Below the pieces are notes generated by a model that had not been told where the DNA came from, ran no database searches, and worked only from the letters and a program-made list of their open reading frames with translations. A stretch of 63,569 nt of DNA, filler included, from Chrysochromulina tobinii (Eukaryota), in NCBI GenBank assembly GCA_001275005.1. It is 7 parts of 7 records of this genome, joined end to end, with 100 filler letters (N's around TTAATTAATTAA, not from the genome) between each part and the next. Parts side by side here need not be neighbours in the genome. Positions count along the whole stretch, not along the records: positions 42,278 to 50,691 come from JWZX01001030.1; positions 50,792 to 60,791 come from JWZX01001032.1; 5 more parts are not named here. One strand, written 5' to 3'. The position numbers and the translations under genes were made by a program. This document shows positions 42,689-53,899 of the stretch, piece after piece. Each line of letters begins with the position of its first letter. Position 1 is the first letter of the stretch.

Positions 42689-43503
42689 TCGTCCCGCTAC
42701 CATCCTGCGAAGCAACGTACGACGACCTCTTCTCAATAGCGGGGTCACAAATCAGCTGGATCTCAGCAACATGTAAGCAACATGGCCCCCGCTCCATAGA
42801 AGGCGAGGTAGAGGAAGAGAGTGGCATGTAGCGCACGGCATGATTTCGGCGCGAGCCATTCTGCACATGGGCGGGGAGGTTCCGGGCAGGTGAAGGGGCG
42901 GGGCCGAAACCACGGGAGTATAGTTTGCGAGTGGTGAGTGGAAAGGCCTTTCCCATGCTTGGTGATCCACTTTGTTTCACACGGTCCGAGGCCGTGTCAC
43001 GCGGGGCATATTTATGTATACATATTGTCGCCGATCGGCCACGCCTGCACACACACAATCATCCATGTCGTGTTGATGTTCTTGCATAGCGAGTACTTCC
43101 AAGCCGGTAGCGGTACCGCTGTGGGCGAGTTGCGACGACCCGACGTGACGGAACGTGCTGGCTCGTTTATCGTTAGTTTTGTGAGTCGTGGGACACAACA
43201 GAAGAGAGAAGTGTGGTGTGTGCGTGTTGACAGAATATATTCTTCGATACTATATTTCCCGCAAACAGCCTACATGCACGCAGCATACTGATCGTAATTC
43301 GAAACGGTATTCATGCTGGGGTATCCAGAGCAGATCCAGAGGTAGTGTCCGACCCACATCGATCAATACTATATACTTCATCGACGATCGAGGAGCTCTC
43401 GTCTGAAGGCTGGGTCTCCAACATGCTGAGCTGTCTGCTGTCAGCAGTACCTCGTCACGTCGTGCCCGACACCACGCGATGTCGGGTCGCACGTCTCCGA
43501 GAG

Positions 43504-43762
43504 AGTGGTTACATGCCAAAGTGGTTACAAGCCAAAGTGGTTACATGCCAAAGTGGTTGCAAGCCAAAGTGGTTACATGCCAAAGTGGTTACATGCCAAA
43601 GTGGTTGCAAGCCAAAGTGGTTACAAGCCAAAGTGGTTACATGCCAAAGTGGTTGCAAGCCAAAGTGGTTACATGCCAAAGTGGTTGCAAGCCAAAGTGG
43701 TTACATGCCAAAGTGGTTGCAAGCCAAAGTGGTTACAAGCCAAAGAGGCTACATGCCAAAGT
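43504..43762. repeat. 16-bp minisatellite GCCAAAGTGGTT(A/G)CA(T/A), about 16 copies
   Basis: Head-to-tail units with no unique spacers. Confidence 0.95.
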
Positions 43763-46700
43763 CGGTATGCAAATCCCGTACGGCGCTATCGACGCGTACC
43801 TGGGCAGTCCCCTCCTTGGACAAGCGTTGAGCGCGCGTCAGATCGGCGACTTCTTGGCAAGAGCGCTCGTCGGGCTCCTCATCGTCGCCCCCGTCATCGA
43901 GCACCCTCGTGTCAATCACGCCGTCCTCGAGGAGGCCGATCGCAAAGGAGCGCGGCATCGGCTTCGAGCGCTTGAGAGGCGAGTCGGGCTGCTCGAGCAC
44001 GACGCGTTCAAAAGGCTCCGGCTCAAAAGTTGGGATGGAGGCGGCGAAGAAGCCGCCAGGGCCGCCGGGGGGGCGCCGCACGGCCTCCTCCTCCTGTGCA
44101 GCCGCGCGCGCCGCAGCCGCCTCGACGGCGGCTCGTCGGAGCTCCTCGCTCTCGTCCTGTTCACGCGCCAGAGCTTCATTGACGCGGCGCCGCACGAGCG
44201 CCTCGTATTCGTGCTCCACTCTCTGGATCGTATCCAAGTCGGTGAGATCGAGCAGCTCGTCGTCGGAGTCGCGTCGTGGCGAGCGCTTACCCTGCAGGCT
44301 GAGGGCCGAGGACGTCGGAGGCGGCGTCGTGCCTTGCTTGATGCGCCGCTTGCTCGCACGCACCGAGGAACCGTGGCTGCGCGCAGTGTAATCGTCCCAC
44401 GGGCGCCTGGCGCCGCTGGGTGTCGAAGGTGTCATGGCGGACGTGTCGCTTTCGCCCAGCACGGCGCTGGCCAACTCTGCGCCCTCGTCGAGGTGTGAAT
44501 TCACAGTCAACTGGGCGCGCTCGTCGCCTTCGGCGTCCTCGACAGGAATCCGTTTCGGGCGTCGCCTTTGGGCAGCGCCTTCGCCCTCCACCTCGTCCTC
44601 TGTCTCCTCGCCCTCATCCTCGGGCTCGCGCCCATCCTTTCGCTCCTCGCCGCCGCCACGCGAGCCTCGGCCATCCCGCCGCCCCGCCGCATCGTGGGTC
44701 GATTCGGTCTTGGACCGCTGGCCCAGGCCGGTGGCACCTTGGGGAGACTCCCCGGCCGCCTCCGCCGCCTCCGCCGCTTCCGCCGCGTTGCCTGCGACGG
44801 AGCCAGCTCGCGACGCACGGCCTCGTTCAAGCGCTTGAATCTTGGTCACTGCCGCCTCTCTCTCCGCTTCAACCCACCGCGGGTTACTCAACGTGCTCGA
44901 CGGCGCACTGACCCATCCAGCGGAGCCATCTGCCAACGTCTCCGCATCGCCATCCGAGATCTCTGCGCCCGAGGTGCTCGCGTCGGTCGGCGGGCGCGTG
45001 GCGCCGAGGCCCGAGGTGCTCGCGTCGCCAGAGCCGTCCTCAGCGGTGCCGACGAGGCCGTCGGTTGCGAGGGAGGGTGGGCCCAATGTATCCCCAGCGC
45101 TCGAGTCACCGCCCACGCTGCGAGATCTCGGGCGGGAGCTCGCCTCACGGCGCACGTCGGTGGCGATCAGGTCACCCTCAATCTCGCCCTCAATCTCGCC
45201 CTCAATCTCGCCCAGGATCGTGCGTAACTCCTCGGGCTCGAGCGCCGTCCCGGGCGCATGCGCCGTCTCGGGCGCCTGCTCCTCGAGCGGCTGTCCGGGC
45301 GGCTGCGCACGCGACGCCTTCAGCTCCCTGCGTTCCTCGTCGGACAGCACGCCCGCTGCCGCCTTGCGCTCAAGCTCGGCGAGGCGCGCCTCGACTGCCG
45401 CCGCCTTGATCTCAACCGCCGCAGCTTCGAGCTCCACCGAGCCAACTTCCACAGCGCCCAAGGCCACAAAGGCACTCGGCCTCGGAGGAGGGGCGAGAGG
45501 CTCTGAGCCCAGTGGCTCGGCACCCGACGGTGGGCCGGGGCCCAAGGCAGACCCCACCACCCTAGGGCGAGCCGCCAGTCCATCCGGGAGCTCCTCGATC
45601 AGCTCGATCGGCTCATTGGAGACGCGCAGACTGCCGGCACGGTACTGGGCGAGCGTCTGCTGCGCCACCTTCTCACGTTCCTTCCTCGCCGCCTCCTCGT
45701 TTGCCAGCCGGCGCGCCTCATCGACCTCCTCCAGAGCGAGCCGCTCCTCCTCCAGCCTCTCCAAGTCCAAGTCGCTCGCCGCCCTCTGCGCGATGGCCGC
45801 CTTCTTGGCCACCTCGGCCTCCACCTTGGCAGCCGCGGCGGCCTCCTCCTCCTCGGTCGCCTTGTACGCCAGCAAGCCCGCACGCGCCGCCTCGGCCGCC
45901 TCCGCCGCCTGCTGCATCGCGAGCTCTGCCCGGGCGCGCTCCACCTCGCGCTCCACCTCGCGTGCCTCGTCTGCCCGTCGCTTCGCCTCGGCCTCCCGCG
46001 CCATTTGCGCCGTGCGTGCCTCGGCGGCCCGCGCCTCGGCGGCCAGCCTCTTGGCCTCAGCCTCGGCCTCAGCCTCGGCCTTCGCCTTAACCACCGCCGC
46101 CTCTGCCTCTGCCTCGGTCGTGCTCTCAGAGAGCGGCGAGAGAGGCGTCCTACCCGCCGCACGCTCGCGTGCAATCGCCTCGCGCGCCTCACGCCCGGCG
46201 ATGCGCTGCGCCTCCGCCCTAAGCAAGGCCGCTTCGCGCGCCGCCGCGGCCGCCGCGATCGCCTCCTTGCGCTCCGCCTCGAGCGCCGTCTCGGGCTTCT
46301 CGGCGGCGGACTGCGAACGACCGGTAGGCGAGTCGGAACGCACCCGCGGTGAGGTGCCCGAGACGGCGCTCGGCGAGGCCGCCCCCGCAGAGGAGGGTCG
46401 GTGGGGCTGCTCGCGCGCCGTGCTGGGCTTGCGGTAGATGCTCTGGCCGAGCTGCTGGTAGTCCGGCGGCGGGGTGACGGGCGGCACGAGCTCCGCCCAC
46501 AGAGGCCCGTCGAGCCCGGCCGCGCGCAGCCCAGGCGCCGACATCGGCCCTCTGGATAGGTACGTGGCGGCTGCGCTCGACCCGTCGGCGCTCATCGGCA
46601 TGGGCAGCTCCAAGCGCGCGTAAGGGTCTGCCGACTCGGCGGTCGGTGGACGGGTCTGCAGGGGGAGAGCGGGCCGATCCCAAGCTGCCTGCGCGGGCGA

Positions 46701-49700
46701 GTCCGTCAAGGGGTCGCGTGGGCGCAACGGCCGACCCGTGGACACGGGCCGATCGGCATGTGCCTTACGGTCGGCGGACGTGGCCTTGCGACGCTGCCCC
46801 TTGGGAAGAATCTGCTGCGCGAGCGCGTTGATGAGCGCCTCAGGCAACCCTTCGGCGCCCATGATGGCATCCTCCAAGCACCCCTGTGCCGCGTGTGCGA
46901 TCGCGTGCGCGCGGTCGGCCGCGACGGCCTCAGCAAGCCTTCGCTCCTTCAGGGCCACGTGCTCGAGCTGCCGCCTGTACATCCGCTCTTGGGGCGTCGG
47001 TGCCGCCTGGCGCCGCCACTCAAAGATGGCTTGATGGCGCGCCACATCGGCAGCCAGCCGGTTCGTGCGTGATGCCTCGTCCTCTTTGGTCGTGCGCGGG
47101 GGCGACTCGCCAGCCTGCGCATTCACATTCACATTCACAGCCCTCGCAGCCAGGCCGAGGGCGCCAGTCTCGGGCGTGTTCATGCGCGGTGGCGAGGCAA
47201 GGCCAACAGAGGACGGGCGGCTCGGAAGGACAACGCCGGTGAGCTCGAACGTGCCCGAGCTCGGTCGCGCCTTCGTGAGCGAGCTGCTGCTGCTGCTGCC
47301 GCCGCGCGCCTCGCCCGACTCCTTGGGCTGGGTCTTCAGCAGTCCCTCCTCCCCGTCGCGGAACGCTTTGCGTCCGCTGGCGCGTCTCTCCAGGAACGGG
47401 CTCTGTCCCCCAGTTGACGACAGGGGCCGGCTTGGCATCGATGGCGCCGGCGCCGGCGGGGCAGCGACCATTGGCGCCGCCTCCACTTCCGCGCGCGTAC
47501 CCATACCCTTCGGCAGCTTCAGGTTGAATGGGTGGGTGCTCGGGCCGCTGTCGAGGAGGGCGATGAAGGCAGCTGTGTCGATCAACGATCCCTCGGAGAG
47601 CACAGGCGGTCGCAACGGCGGCGGCGAGGGCGGCTTCGGCGGCGAGGGCGGCTTCGTTGGCGAGGGCGGCTTCATCGGCGCGGCCGCGCGCGGGGCGCGG
47701 GGTGGCGTCTGCGGTCGCGGGTAAGCGATGCCTTTCTCCACGGACCAGCCTTCAGAAGGCTTCGACGGCTCGAATGGTGGCTTGGAAGACGAACGGGCGG
47801 CCGCCTTCGCGGGCGAGCCATCAGGCGCTGCGTCGGGCGCTGTGCGCGGTCGGCTGCCACCCTGCGTCGGCGGCCGCGTCGGGCCCGCAATGGCGGCGGC
47901 ATCAAAGGAGACTCCGAACTCTCGCCCCTCGTCCCTCGTGGCAGTACAAGAGGACGGTGGCGTGGGGCCCGTCTTAAGCGGAAGCTTGGGCGTCAGTGAA
48001 GAGAGCGCATCGTCCGCCTCGGCGTCGCGCTTGTCGGCTTCCAACCCGTCGAGGTCGGCGCGCGCGCGCTTTGGCGACGAGTGTGGCTTCTCCGCGTGCG
48101 GAAGGGCAGCTTCGACCAGAATGGAGCTGCCCGAAACGCCCACCTTGATGCCCGCGTAGCCCTGGCGCACGAGCTGCTCACGCACCGCATTGGCCAGCTC
48201 CACCTCCTTAGCGCCCTCCGGGAGGTCGTGCAGCTCGATGCTGGTCCCCACGATGAACGGAAGGGTGGTGCCCCCCGGCAGCGCTTCCCCTTTCTGCAAG
48301 GGCTCGAGCATCCGAGGCAGGCCGACGAGCGACGCCACGAGCGACCGATTGGCGAGGCCGTTGGCGCAGAGCAGGCCGTCCTTGATCTCCACCTCGACCT
48401 CCGTGTAGCCCTGCTCCTCGAGCCGCCCCTTGACGAGACGCGGCAGCTGCGTGAGGAAGCACGCGCGCGCGCCGACCGAGACAGCCTCCCCCGTGTGGAA
48501 GATGATCGCTGAGTCGGCGGCCACCACGAAATCGGACGGATCGGTCGCGGGCGTCTGTGGCCTGCCACTCTTGGCGTCCGAGGCGACAAAGCTGCTCACG
48601 ATCGCACGGAGCGCGACGGGCGTGCGTCCGGTGGCACGCACCGTCTCTCCCACGACGGAGCACTGGACGGACGAGTACCCCATCAGCGAGAGCTTGCGTG
48701 AGACGATGTTGGGCAGCGCACCGAGCGGAACCGGCTCGGGACCAAGCGCGACCGAGGTGGTCTGGCTCAGCGTGAGCAGGCTGTCGGGCAGCAGGACAGG
48801 CTCGGGAGGAGGTAGCGGGTCCAATGTAGCGGTGCTGCCGAGCGGGCGCGGCGGCGAGGGGTGCGACATGTCCATGGGCCGAGGCAGGTGCGCCGCCAGG
48901 TCCACGTTCGAGCGCCCGGTCGCGCTGAGCATGCCGTCGTCGCCGATGGCGCACTGCACGTCCGAATAGCCGACCTGCTCGAGCGATGAGGCCACGACGG
49001 CGCGCAACTGGTCGAATGGCACTGGCTCGCTGCCCAGCTCGACCACCTCGCCGCTCTCAAAGACCACCGCGCTGCCCGCCGCCACCAAGCCCGCCGCGCC
49101 ATCCACCGCGCCATGCACCGCGCCTGGCGATGCTGGCGACAAGGGCGGCACTGGCGATCCAGATCGGGAGCGGGGGGGTAGCAGCTCGGCCTTGAGCTGC
49201 GCCACCGGAGATTTGGCCGAGATTTTGAGCGTGTCGCCCACGAGGGTGGCCTCCACGTGCACGTAGCCCGCCTGCACCAGACGCTGCTTCACCACCGGGG
49301 CGAGCTGCGAAAAGGGCAGCGGCGACGAGCCAATGTCGATCGAGACGCCCGACTCGAGCAGAAGCGGCGTCGGTCGCGTTGTCGTGAGCAGGAGCGGCGA
49401 GTTGGGTGCTGTGGGCGCCCGGTTGGCCACCATGCGGACTGCGCCGGCGGGTAGCGGCGGCGCGCGCTCTGACGCTGGCACCAGCGGCGACGAGCTCGCA
49501 AACCCAGGCAGCACTCCCTGCTTGCGCGCACTCGGGATGCTGCGGAAGCTGCCCGGCGTGAGGGGTGCTACCAGCGCCGGCAGCGCCGCGACCAGACGGT
49601 CGTCCTCGCTCACCACCGGCGGCGGCCGCGTGTCGATGACCAACTCCGACTCTTGTTTCGGAAGGGCCGCGGGCGTCATCATGCGTGGCGGCGTCTCGAC

Positions 49701-50636
49701 CGGAGTCCTCAACCTCGAGGTCTTGTACTGGCTGGGAGGTCGAGACAGTGCAGCCGCCGGCGACGGCGAGAGCGCGCTTGGCCCGTCGAGGAGCCGATCT
49801 CGAAGCAGTCGAGGTTCGTCGACGGCGGTGGGCGCGCGTGAGCCGACGGCCCCGGGCGTCTGCAGGCGGCTGCCCTGCAAGGACGACATTTTGGAGGCCG
49901 AGGGCGAGAAGGCCACGTTCATTCCGTCCACACTGTGGACCACGTCGATCGTGGGCGCGGGCGCGGGAGCGGGCTCGACAGAACTCATGGCGTCGGAGAG
50001 CTTGGACTGCCGGTTGCGTGCGGCGGGCGTGCCCGGCGCCGGGGTGATCACCAGCGCCCCCACTACTGCAAGCTCCGGAGGCTCCGGGATCTCTCGAGTG
50101 GTCTTCTTGTTGTTCGTCTTCTTCATCGGCGGAAGTGACGACGACGCTGAGAGCGCGCTGCCACCGACGGCGCTCGAAACGGCGCGGGCGCTTTGAGCAT
50201 TGTCGATGCCGACAGCCGGCGCAGCCGAGCTCGCCGTCGACGGCGGCACAGCAGTGAGGCTCACGCACCGTGCAGCATCCTTGGCGGCCGAACTCGGACG
50301 CGAGAAGGGCACAGTGATAGGCGACGAGGCCGGGGCGACGAGCCCGGGCGGCGGTTTCGACGACGGGACCGACTCTGTGGGCGAGCCCGTCTGCCTTGCG
50401 GCCAAACGGCTCCCCGGCCGGCTGCCTGGCCTGCTGTCGCGCTTGCCCTCGAGGATGGCCTCGAGCTCGGCACTCTCGTCGAGAGCACGGCGCGCCATCT
50501 CAGCAGCGGTGAGCGGCTTGGGCTTGGGCGCGGCCAACGCTGGCAAGGGCAGGTCGGGCCCCTCTGGAGAGCCCACTGCGGTTGGACCGGTCACTTCTGG
50601 CGTCGAAATGGTCGGCAAGTGTGCCACGACGGCCAT
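43749..50636 (-). CDS. Very large low-complexity protein with five novel alpha/beta repeats, coiled coil and IQ motif (ends uncertain)
   Basis: 6.9-kb open frame; IQ motif KIQALERGRASR; E/A/R coiled coil; probable donor site near 43799. Confidence 0.7.
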   Translation of the reverse strand: MAVVAHLPTISTPEVTGPTAVGSPEGPDLPLPALAAPKPKPLTAAEMARRALDESAELEAILEGKRDSRPGSRPGSRLAARQTGSPTESVPSSKPPPGLVAPASSPITVPFSRPSSAAKDAARCVSLTAVPPSTASSAAPAVGIDNAQSARAVSSAVGGSALSASSSLPPMKKTNNKKTTREIPEPPELAVVGALVITPAPGTPAARNRQSKLSDAMSSVEPAPAPAPTIDVVHSVDGMNVAFSPSASKMSSLQGSRLQTPGAVGSRAPTAVDEPRLLRDRLLDGPSALSPSPAAALSRPPSQYKTSRLRTPVETPPRMMTPAALPKQESELVIDTRPPPVVSEDDRLVAALPALVAPLTPGSFRSIPSARKQGVLPGFASSSPLVPASERAPPLPAGAVRMVANRAPTAPNSPLLLTTTRPTPLLLESGVSIDIGSSPLPFSQLAPVVKQRLVQAGYVHVEATLVGDTLKISAKSPVAQLKAELLPPRSRSGSPVPPLSPASPGAVHGAVDGAAGLVAAGSAVVFESGEVVELGSEPVPFDQLRAVVASSLEQVGYSDVQCAIGDDGMLSATGRSNVDLAAHLPRPMDMSHPSPPRPLGSTATLDPLPPPEPVLLPDSLLTLSQTTSVALGPEPVPLGALPNIVSRKLSLMGYSSVQCSVVGETVRATGRTPVALRAIVSSFVASDAKSGRPQTPATDPSDFVVAADSAIIFHTGEAVSVGARACFLTQLPRLVKGRLEEQGYTEVEVEIKDGLLCANGLANRSLVASLVGLPRMLEPLQKGEALPGGTTLPFIVGTSIELHDLPEGAKEVELANAVREQLVRQGYAGIKVGVSGSSILVEAALPHAEKPHSSPKRARADLDGLEADKRDAEADDALSSLTPKLPLKTGPTPPSSCTATRDEGREFGVSFDAAAIAGPTRPPTQGGSRPRTAPDAAPDGSPAKAAARSSSKPPFEPSKPSEGWSVEKGIAYPRPQTPPRAPRAAAPMKPPSPTKPPSPPKPPSPPPLRPPVLSEGSLIDTAAFIALLDSGPSTHPFNLKLPKGMGTRAEVEAAPMVAAPPAPAPSMPSRPLSSTGGQSPFLERRASGRKAFRDGEEGLLKTQPKESGEARGGSSSSSSLTKARPSSGTFELTGVVLPSRPSSVGLASPPRMNTPETGALGLAARAVNVNVNAQAGESPPRTTKEDEASRTNRLAADVARHQAIFEWRRQAAPTPQERMYRRQLEHVALKERRLAEAVAADRAHAIAHAAQGCLEDAIMGAEGLPEALINALAQQILPKGQRRKATSADRKAHADRPVSTGRPLRPRDPLTDSPAQAAWDRPALPLQTRPPTAESADPYARLELPMPMSADGSSAAATYLSRGPMSAPGLRAAGLDGPLWAELVPPVTPPPDYQQLGQSIYRKPSTAREQPHRPSSAGAASPSAVSGTSPRVRSDSPTGRSQSAAEKPETALEAERKEAIAAAAAAREAALLRAEAQRIAGREAREAIARERAAGRTPLSPLSESTTEAEAEAAVVKAKAEAEAEAEAKRLAAEARAAEARTAQMAREAEAKRRADEAREVEREVERARAELAMQQAAEAAEAARAGLLAYKATEEEEAAAAAKVEAEVAKKAAIAQRAASDLDLERLEEERLALEEVDEARRLANEEAARKEREKVAQQTLAQYRAGSLRVSNEPIELIEELPDGLAARPRVVGSALGPGPPSGAEPLGSEPLAPPPRPSAFVALGAVEVGSVELEAAAVEIKAAAVEARLAELERKAAAGVLSDEERRELKASRAQPPGQPLEEQAPETAHAPGTALEPEELRTILGEIEGEIEGEIEGDLIATDVRREASSRPRSRSVGGDSSAGDTLGPPSLATDGLVGTAEDGSGDASTSGLGATRPPTDASTSGAEISDGDAETLADGSAGWVSAPSSTLSNPRWVEAEREAAVTKIQALERGRASRAGSVAGNAAEAAEAAEAAGESPQGATGLGQRSKTESTHDAAGRRDGRGSRGGGEERKDGREPEDEGEETEDEVEGEGAAQRRRPKRIPVEDAEGDERAQLTVNSHLDEGAELASAVLGESDTSAMTPSTPSGARRPWDDYTARSHGSSVRASKRRIKQGTTPPPTSSALSLQGKRSPRRDSDDELLDLTDLDTIQRVEHEYEALVRRRVNEALAREQDESEELRRAAVEAAAARAAAQEEEAVRRPPGGPGGFFAASIPTFEPEPFERVVLEQPDSPLKRSKPMPRSFAIGLLEDGVIDTRVLDDGGDDEEPDERSCQEVADLTRAQRLSKEGTAQVRVDSAVRDLHTDFGM

Positions 50637-50691
50637 GGGCTGCGCGGCCGCCTCGGCCGCCGCGGCCGCCTCGGCCGCTCGTTTCTGCTCG

Positions 50692-50791
50692 NNNNNNNNN
50701 NNNNNNNNNNNNNNNNNNNNNNNNNNNNNNNNNNNTTAATTAATTAANNNNNNNNNNNNNNNNNNNNNNNNNNNNNNNNNNNNNNNNNNNN
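50692..50791. other. Artificial contig linker
   Basis: N-run with TTAATTAATTAA. Confidence 0.98.
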
Positions 50792-51613
50792 AAATTCCGG
50801 AGCCTTTCGAAGTACGCTCCTGCTGGCGCCTCCTCAACGCGTGGCGAGCCCTCGCCCCGTGCCGCGGCCTCTGTCGGCTCGGCCTTTGAGAGCACCTTTG
50901 ATGGCAAGGCCGAGAAGTGCGTGGAGAGCACCTTCAACCGCATTTTCGACGGCAAGGCGGAGGCCTCCACCGCCAACGCGAATAAGACATCGATTGGTCT
51001 GACTGCCAGCCTCGCACGCGCATCGATGTCCAACGTGAACGCTGGCAACAAGTCGCAGCGCAGCCAGGGGTCGCAGCGCTCCTCCGCGCGCGGCGCTCTC
51101 GAGCATGCAACGGAGTCGGCCAGATGTGCCCACGACGGCGCGGACCGCAGCACGAGCAAGCGCCGCGCCGTCGTGGGCGCCTCCATCATCGGGTCGACGA
51201 GTCAGCCCGTGGGCGTGAACGTTCATCAAGCGACCAGCCAGCAGACCACCACACGACACGCCTTGTCGCCCGCCGGGGATGCGTCGGACACGGACATCAG
51301 CAGCAGAAGCAGTACCGCCGGTGCCGCTAAGTCCCCTGTCGGTGGTGCGGTGGCGGCGGCCCTTTCCGCCGCCGCAGCACCGTCGAGCGCCGCACCCAAA
51401 TCCGCCGCGGCGCCGCTTGGCTCCCCGGCTGCTTTCTCCATACGCTTCACGATGGCGCAAAAGGTGGCGCGCATCAAGGAGGAACTATCACTCGACCCTT
51501 TGCTGCCGGTGGCGAAGGCAATCGCCGAGGCAAATGCAGCCATGGGCATCGAGGGCCAAGGCACGCTCGCTCAGCAAGTTGATCACCTGCTGACGGAGCT
51601 GGGCGTGCTCTGA
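50792..51613 (+). CDS. Hypothetical protein (5' partial) with short helical C-terminal domain
   Basis: Coding-like ORF ending KVARIKEELSL...AIAEANAAMG...QVDHLLTELGVL. Confidence 0.5.
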   Translation, partial: KFRSLSKYAPAGASSTRGEPSPRAAASVGSAFESTFDGKAEKCVESTFNRIFDGKAEASTANANKTSIGLTASLARASMSNVNAGNKSQRSQGSQRSSARGALEHATESARCAHDGADRSTSKRRAVVGASIIGSTSQPVGVNVHQATSQQTTTRHALSPAGDASDTDISSRSSTAGAAKSPVGGAVAAALSAAAAPSSAAPKSAAAPLGSPAAFSIRFTMAQKVARIKEELSLDPLLPVAKAIAEANAAMGIEGQGTLAQQVDHLLTELGVL

Positions 51614-53263
51614 GGCATTCGTGCCGCCGCCGCCGCCGACGCCCAGACGTACAGCTGACGTACGGCTGGGCGGCGTACACCGACCGTCGGGGGGACCGCG
51701 AACAAGAAGAGAAAAACGTACCACGGAGGTGTGAACACCGTGGCCGACCAGGGAGGGGCAGGGGACGGGTGTCGGCCCGGAGGCTCCTGCGCGCGCGGTC
51801 GGTCCTCGAGCCGCCCGCCTGCGAAGGAGGATGACGTCACTGGCACCTTCGACAGTTCGGCGCAGCACCTGCAAAGTTTCACCTTTGAAATGGCGCCGTC
51901 GTGGGCATACTGATCGAGTGGACAGCGATAAAGGACCTCGCGGTGCAGCATGGGATGGCCTCTGATTGCGTCCCTCATCAGATAACGGACCTCGCGGCGC
52001 AGCATGGGATTGCCGTGCCGCCGGCTAGCGCGCTGCCGGTGCAGCCGCCCGAGGGCGAGGCAAAGGGCACATTCCCGGGTGGAGCGCCCTCGAGTTCATA
52101 GCCGACGTCATTAACGTCATTAACATCATTAACATCACTATAACCATGTCATTAACGTCACGCAGCGCACGGGCCTGGCGAGCGCTGGTGGCAAGTCCAG
52201 GACCGTCCCGCGCCGGTGAGCTCCTCGGCACCAGCGGCGCGGTGGTGGTGGTGGCGTTCGCGCTCGGGTACGTTTGCGGCTGGGGAGGTGACGAAGCGAA
52301 GGAAGTGAAGGATGCTGGAGCTGATGTGCGGTGTGTGTGGAACTGCGCGAGCGGTGTGATCTGTTTCTGTGACCGTGAAGCAGCATGGCTTTACCGCAAC
52401 TTGAGTGGCGTCAGTTGTGTGAACATCTCGAAAGTTGGTGTGTACGTGTTGGGGTGTTCGACAGGCCTACTCGGCTCTGAAGAGTTCAACACCAGTCACC
52501 CACGTCGACAGTTTACAAAGCCGTGCAAGACAATTACTCCCTCTTTGTGAGATGTGTCAGCTGTCAGATGCTCAGAGACGAGAGTCGAAGACTCAGACGC
52601 TCGCTCGGCGGGGCCTTGTTGTCCGAGTGTGGACCGAGGCCACGGCGGCGGCGTTAGAGGCAAACGATCGAACGCTTCCAAAATAGGAAGTAATTAAAAA
52701 CATTTGGGGGACCTCCTTGGCAACGTTTTACTCATTTTTCCCTTCCCTGGCCGATGGCATTAGGCAGCTGCCACTCGGGGATGACCAAGTGGGAGACAGA
52801 CACTTATATGTTAGGGACGTCCCAAGTGCACGATGCGTGAGTGAGTTTTATCTGTCAAGCTACACGACGTGCTGAATGGTGTGTATGCAGAGTAAGTGAC
52901 AAGAAGCCTGGACTCTCGTCTTGCTGCGACCTTTGGCAATGCGTGAGTAAGTACGTAGACTAAAAAATTTAACTACAAGTGACGCCTGGCGGCACATATT
53001 ACATGTAAGGCACATAACGACTCGCTCACAACCCCGACTGGCCGACTACGCTACACACCGCCCATGACACCGTCCGCCTTGACGTGGCACGTGCGGCTGC
53101 GGGGACCCCAACGCCCAATGGTTCACATTAATTTAGCGCGCTCGCAAACGAACTAACGCTTCCAAATTAGGAATTAATTAAAAGAAATTAGCGCGATCTG
53201 CGAGCCGGCGCTCGCGACCCTCTTCGTGGTCCTCTGCCTCACCGGCGATCGGTCGGGCCGACG

Positions 53264-53899
53264 ATGCTGTTGGTGATGATCTGCACGCTGCTGATGTTTG
53301 CCGTTCAGGAGGTACTGTCGACCACGTTTGCCTCCCGCGACTTTCACACACAGCACCGTGCATCATCCAGGCTCTACATCCACGACGGTGTCACTGCTGG
53401 CTCGCGCTGCCATATGAATACCAACTTGGTGGAATCGCCGGAGTGGAAGGTGCTTCGTGACGCGGTGAGCCTCAACGTGAGTGCGGCAGCAGCAGATCGC
53501 AATGCCAACCCTAAGTCTGGGTCTATTGAGGCAGCCGAGAAGCTCATCTCAAACCACCTCCGCATCATGCTCGATGTGACCAACCCATTCGCGAAGTCGC
53601 AGCGCCATCTGAGCCGGCTACCTGTCAGCGATCTAAACATGATCGATCGCTTACTGCTGGAGATTGTACGCCGGCTGCTTGTCAAGCAGCCGAATGGCCC
53701 TGCCCTCGCTCGGCTTCTGCCGGAGCATCACGCTGAGGCAAAGGTCTGGTCGATGGTGCTCAGCTTTCTCGACGAGCGCCTCCAGTCTACAGACGAAGAG
53801 CTGCCGGGTCGCAAGCCGGACATGAGCCCAAGCGCCTCACAGGCGTTTCGAGCCGTTCTTGAGGAGATGAGCTCGCTCGAGGCAATTGCCAGCTGCTAA
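53264..53899 (+). CDS. Hypothetical protein
   Basis: 211-aa ORF with protein-like composition in a lower-GC region; no motif. Confidence 0.35.
   Translation: MLLVMICTLLMFAVQEVLSTTFASRDFHTQHRASSRLYIHDGVTAGSRCHMNTNLVESPEWKVLRDAVSLNVSAAAADRNANPKSGSIEAAEKLISNHLRIMLDVTNPFAKSQRHLSRLPVSDLNMIDRLLLEIVRRLLVKQPNGPALARLLPEHHAEAKVWSMVLSFLDERLQSTDEELPGRKPDMSPSASQAFRAVLEEMSSLEAIASC

Noticed and set aside
43504..43762. CRISPR array
   Set aside because: 16-bp head-to-tail units with no unique spacers, no cas genes, eukaryotic context.
44842..46437. Long antisense ORFs (also 38692-40326, 31542-32645, 49057-50268)
   Set aside because: Shadow or alternative frames of real genes in very GC-rich DNA; no motifs.
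52105..52160. 9-bp TCATTAAC(A/G) repeat
   Set aside because: Short simple repeat with no supporting context.
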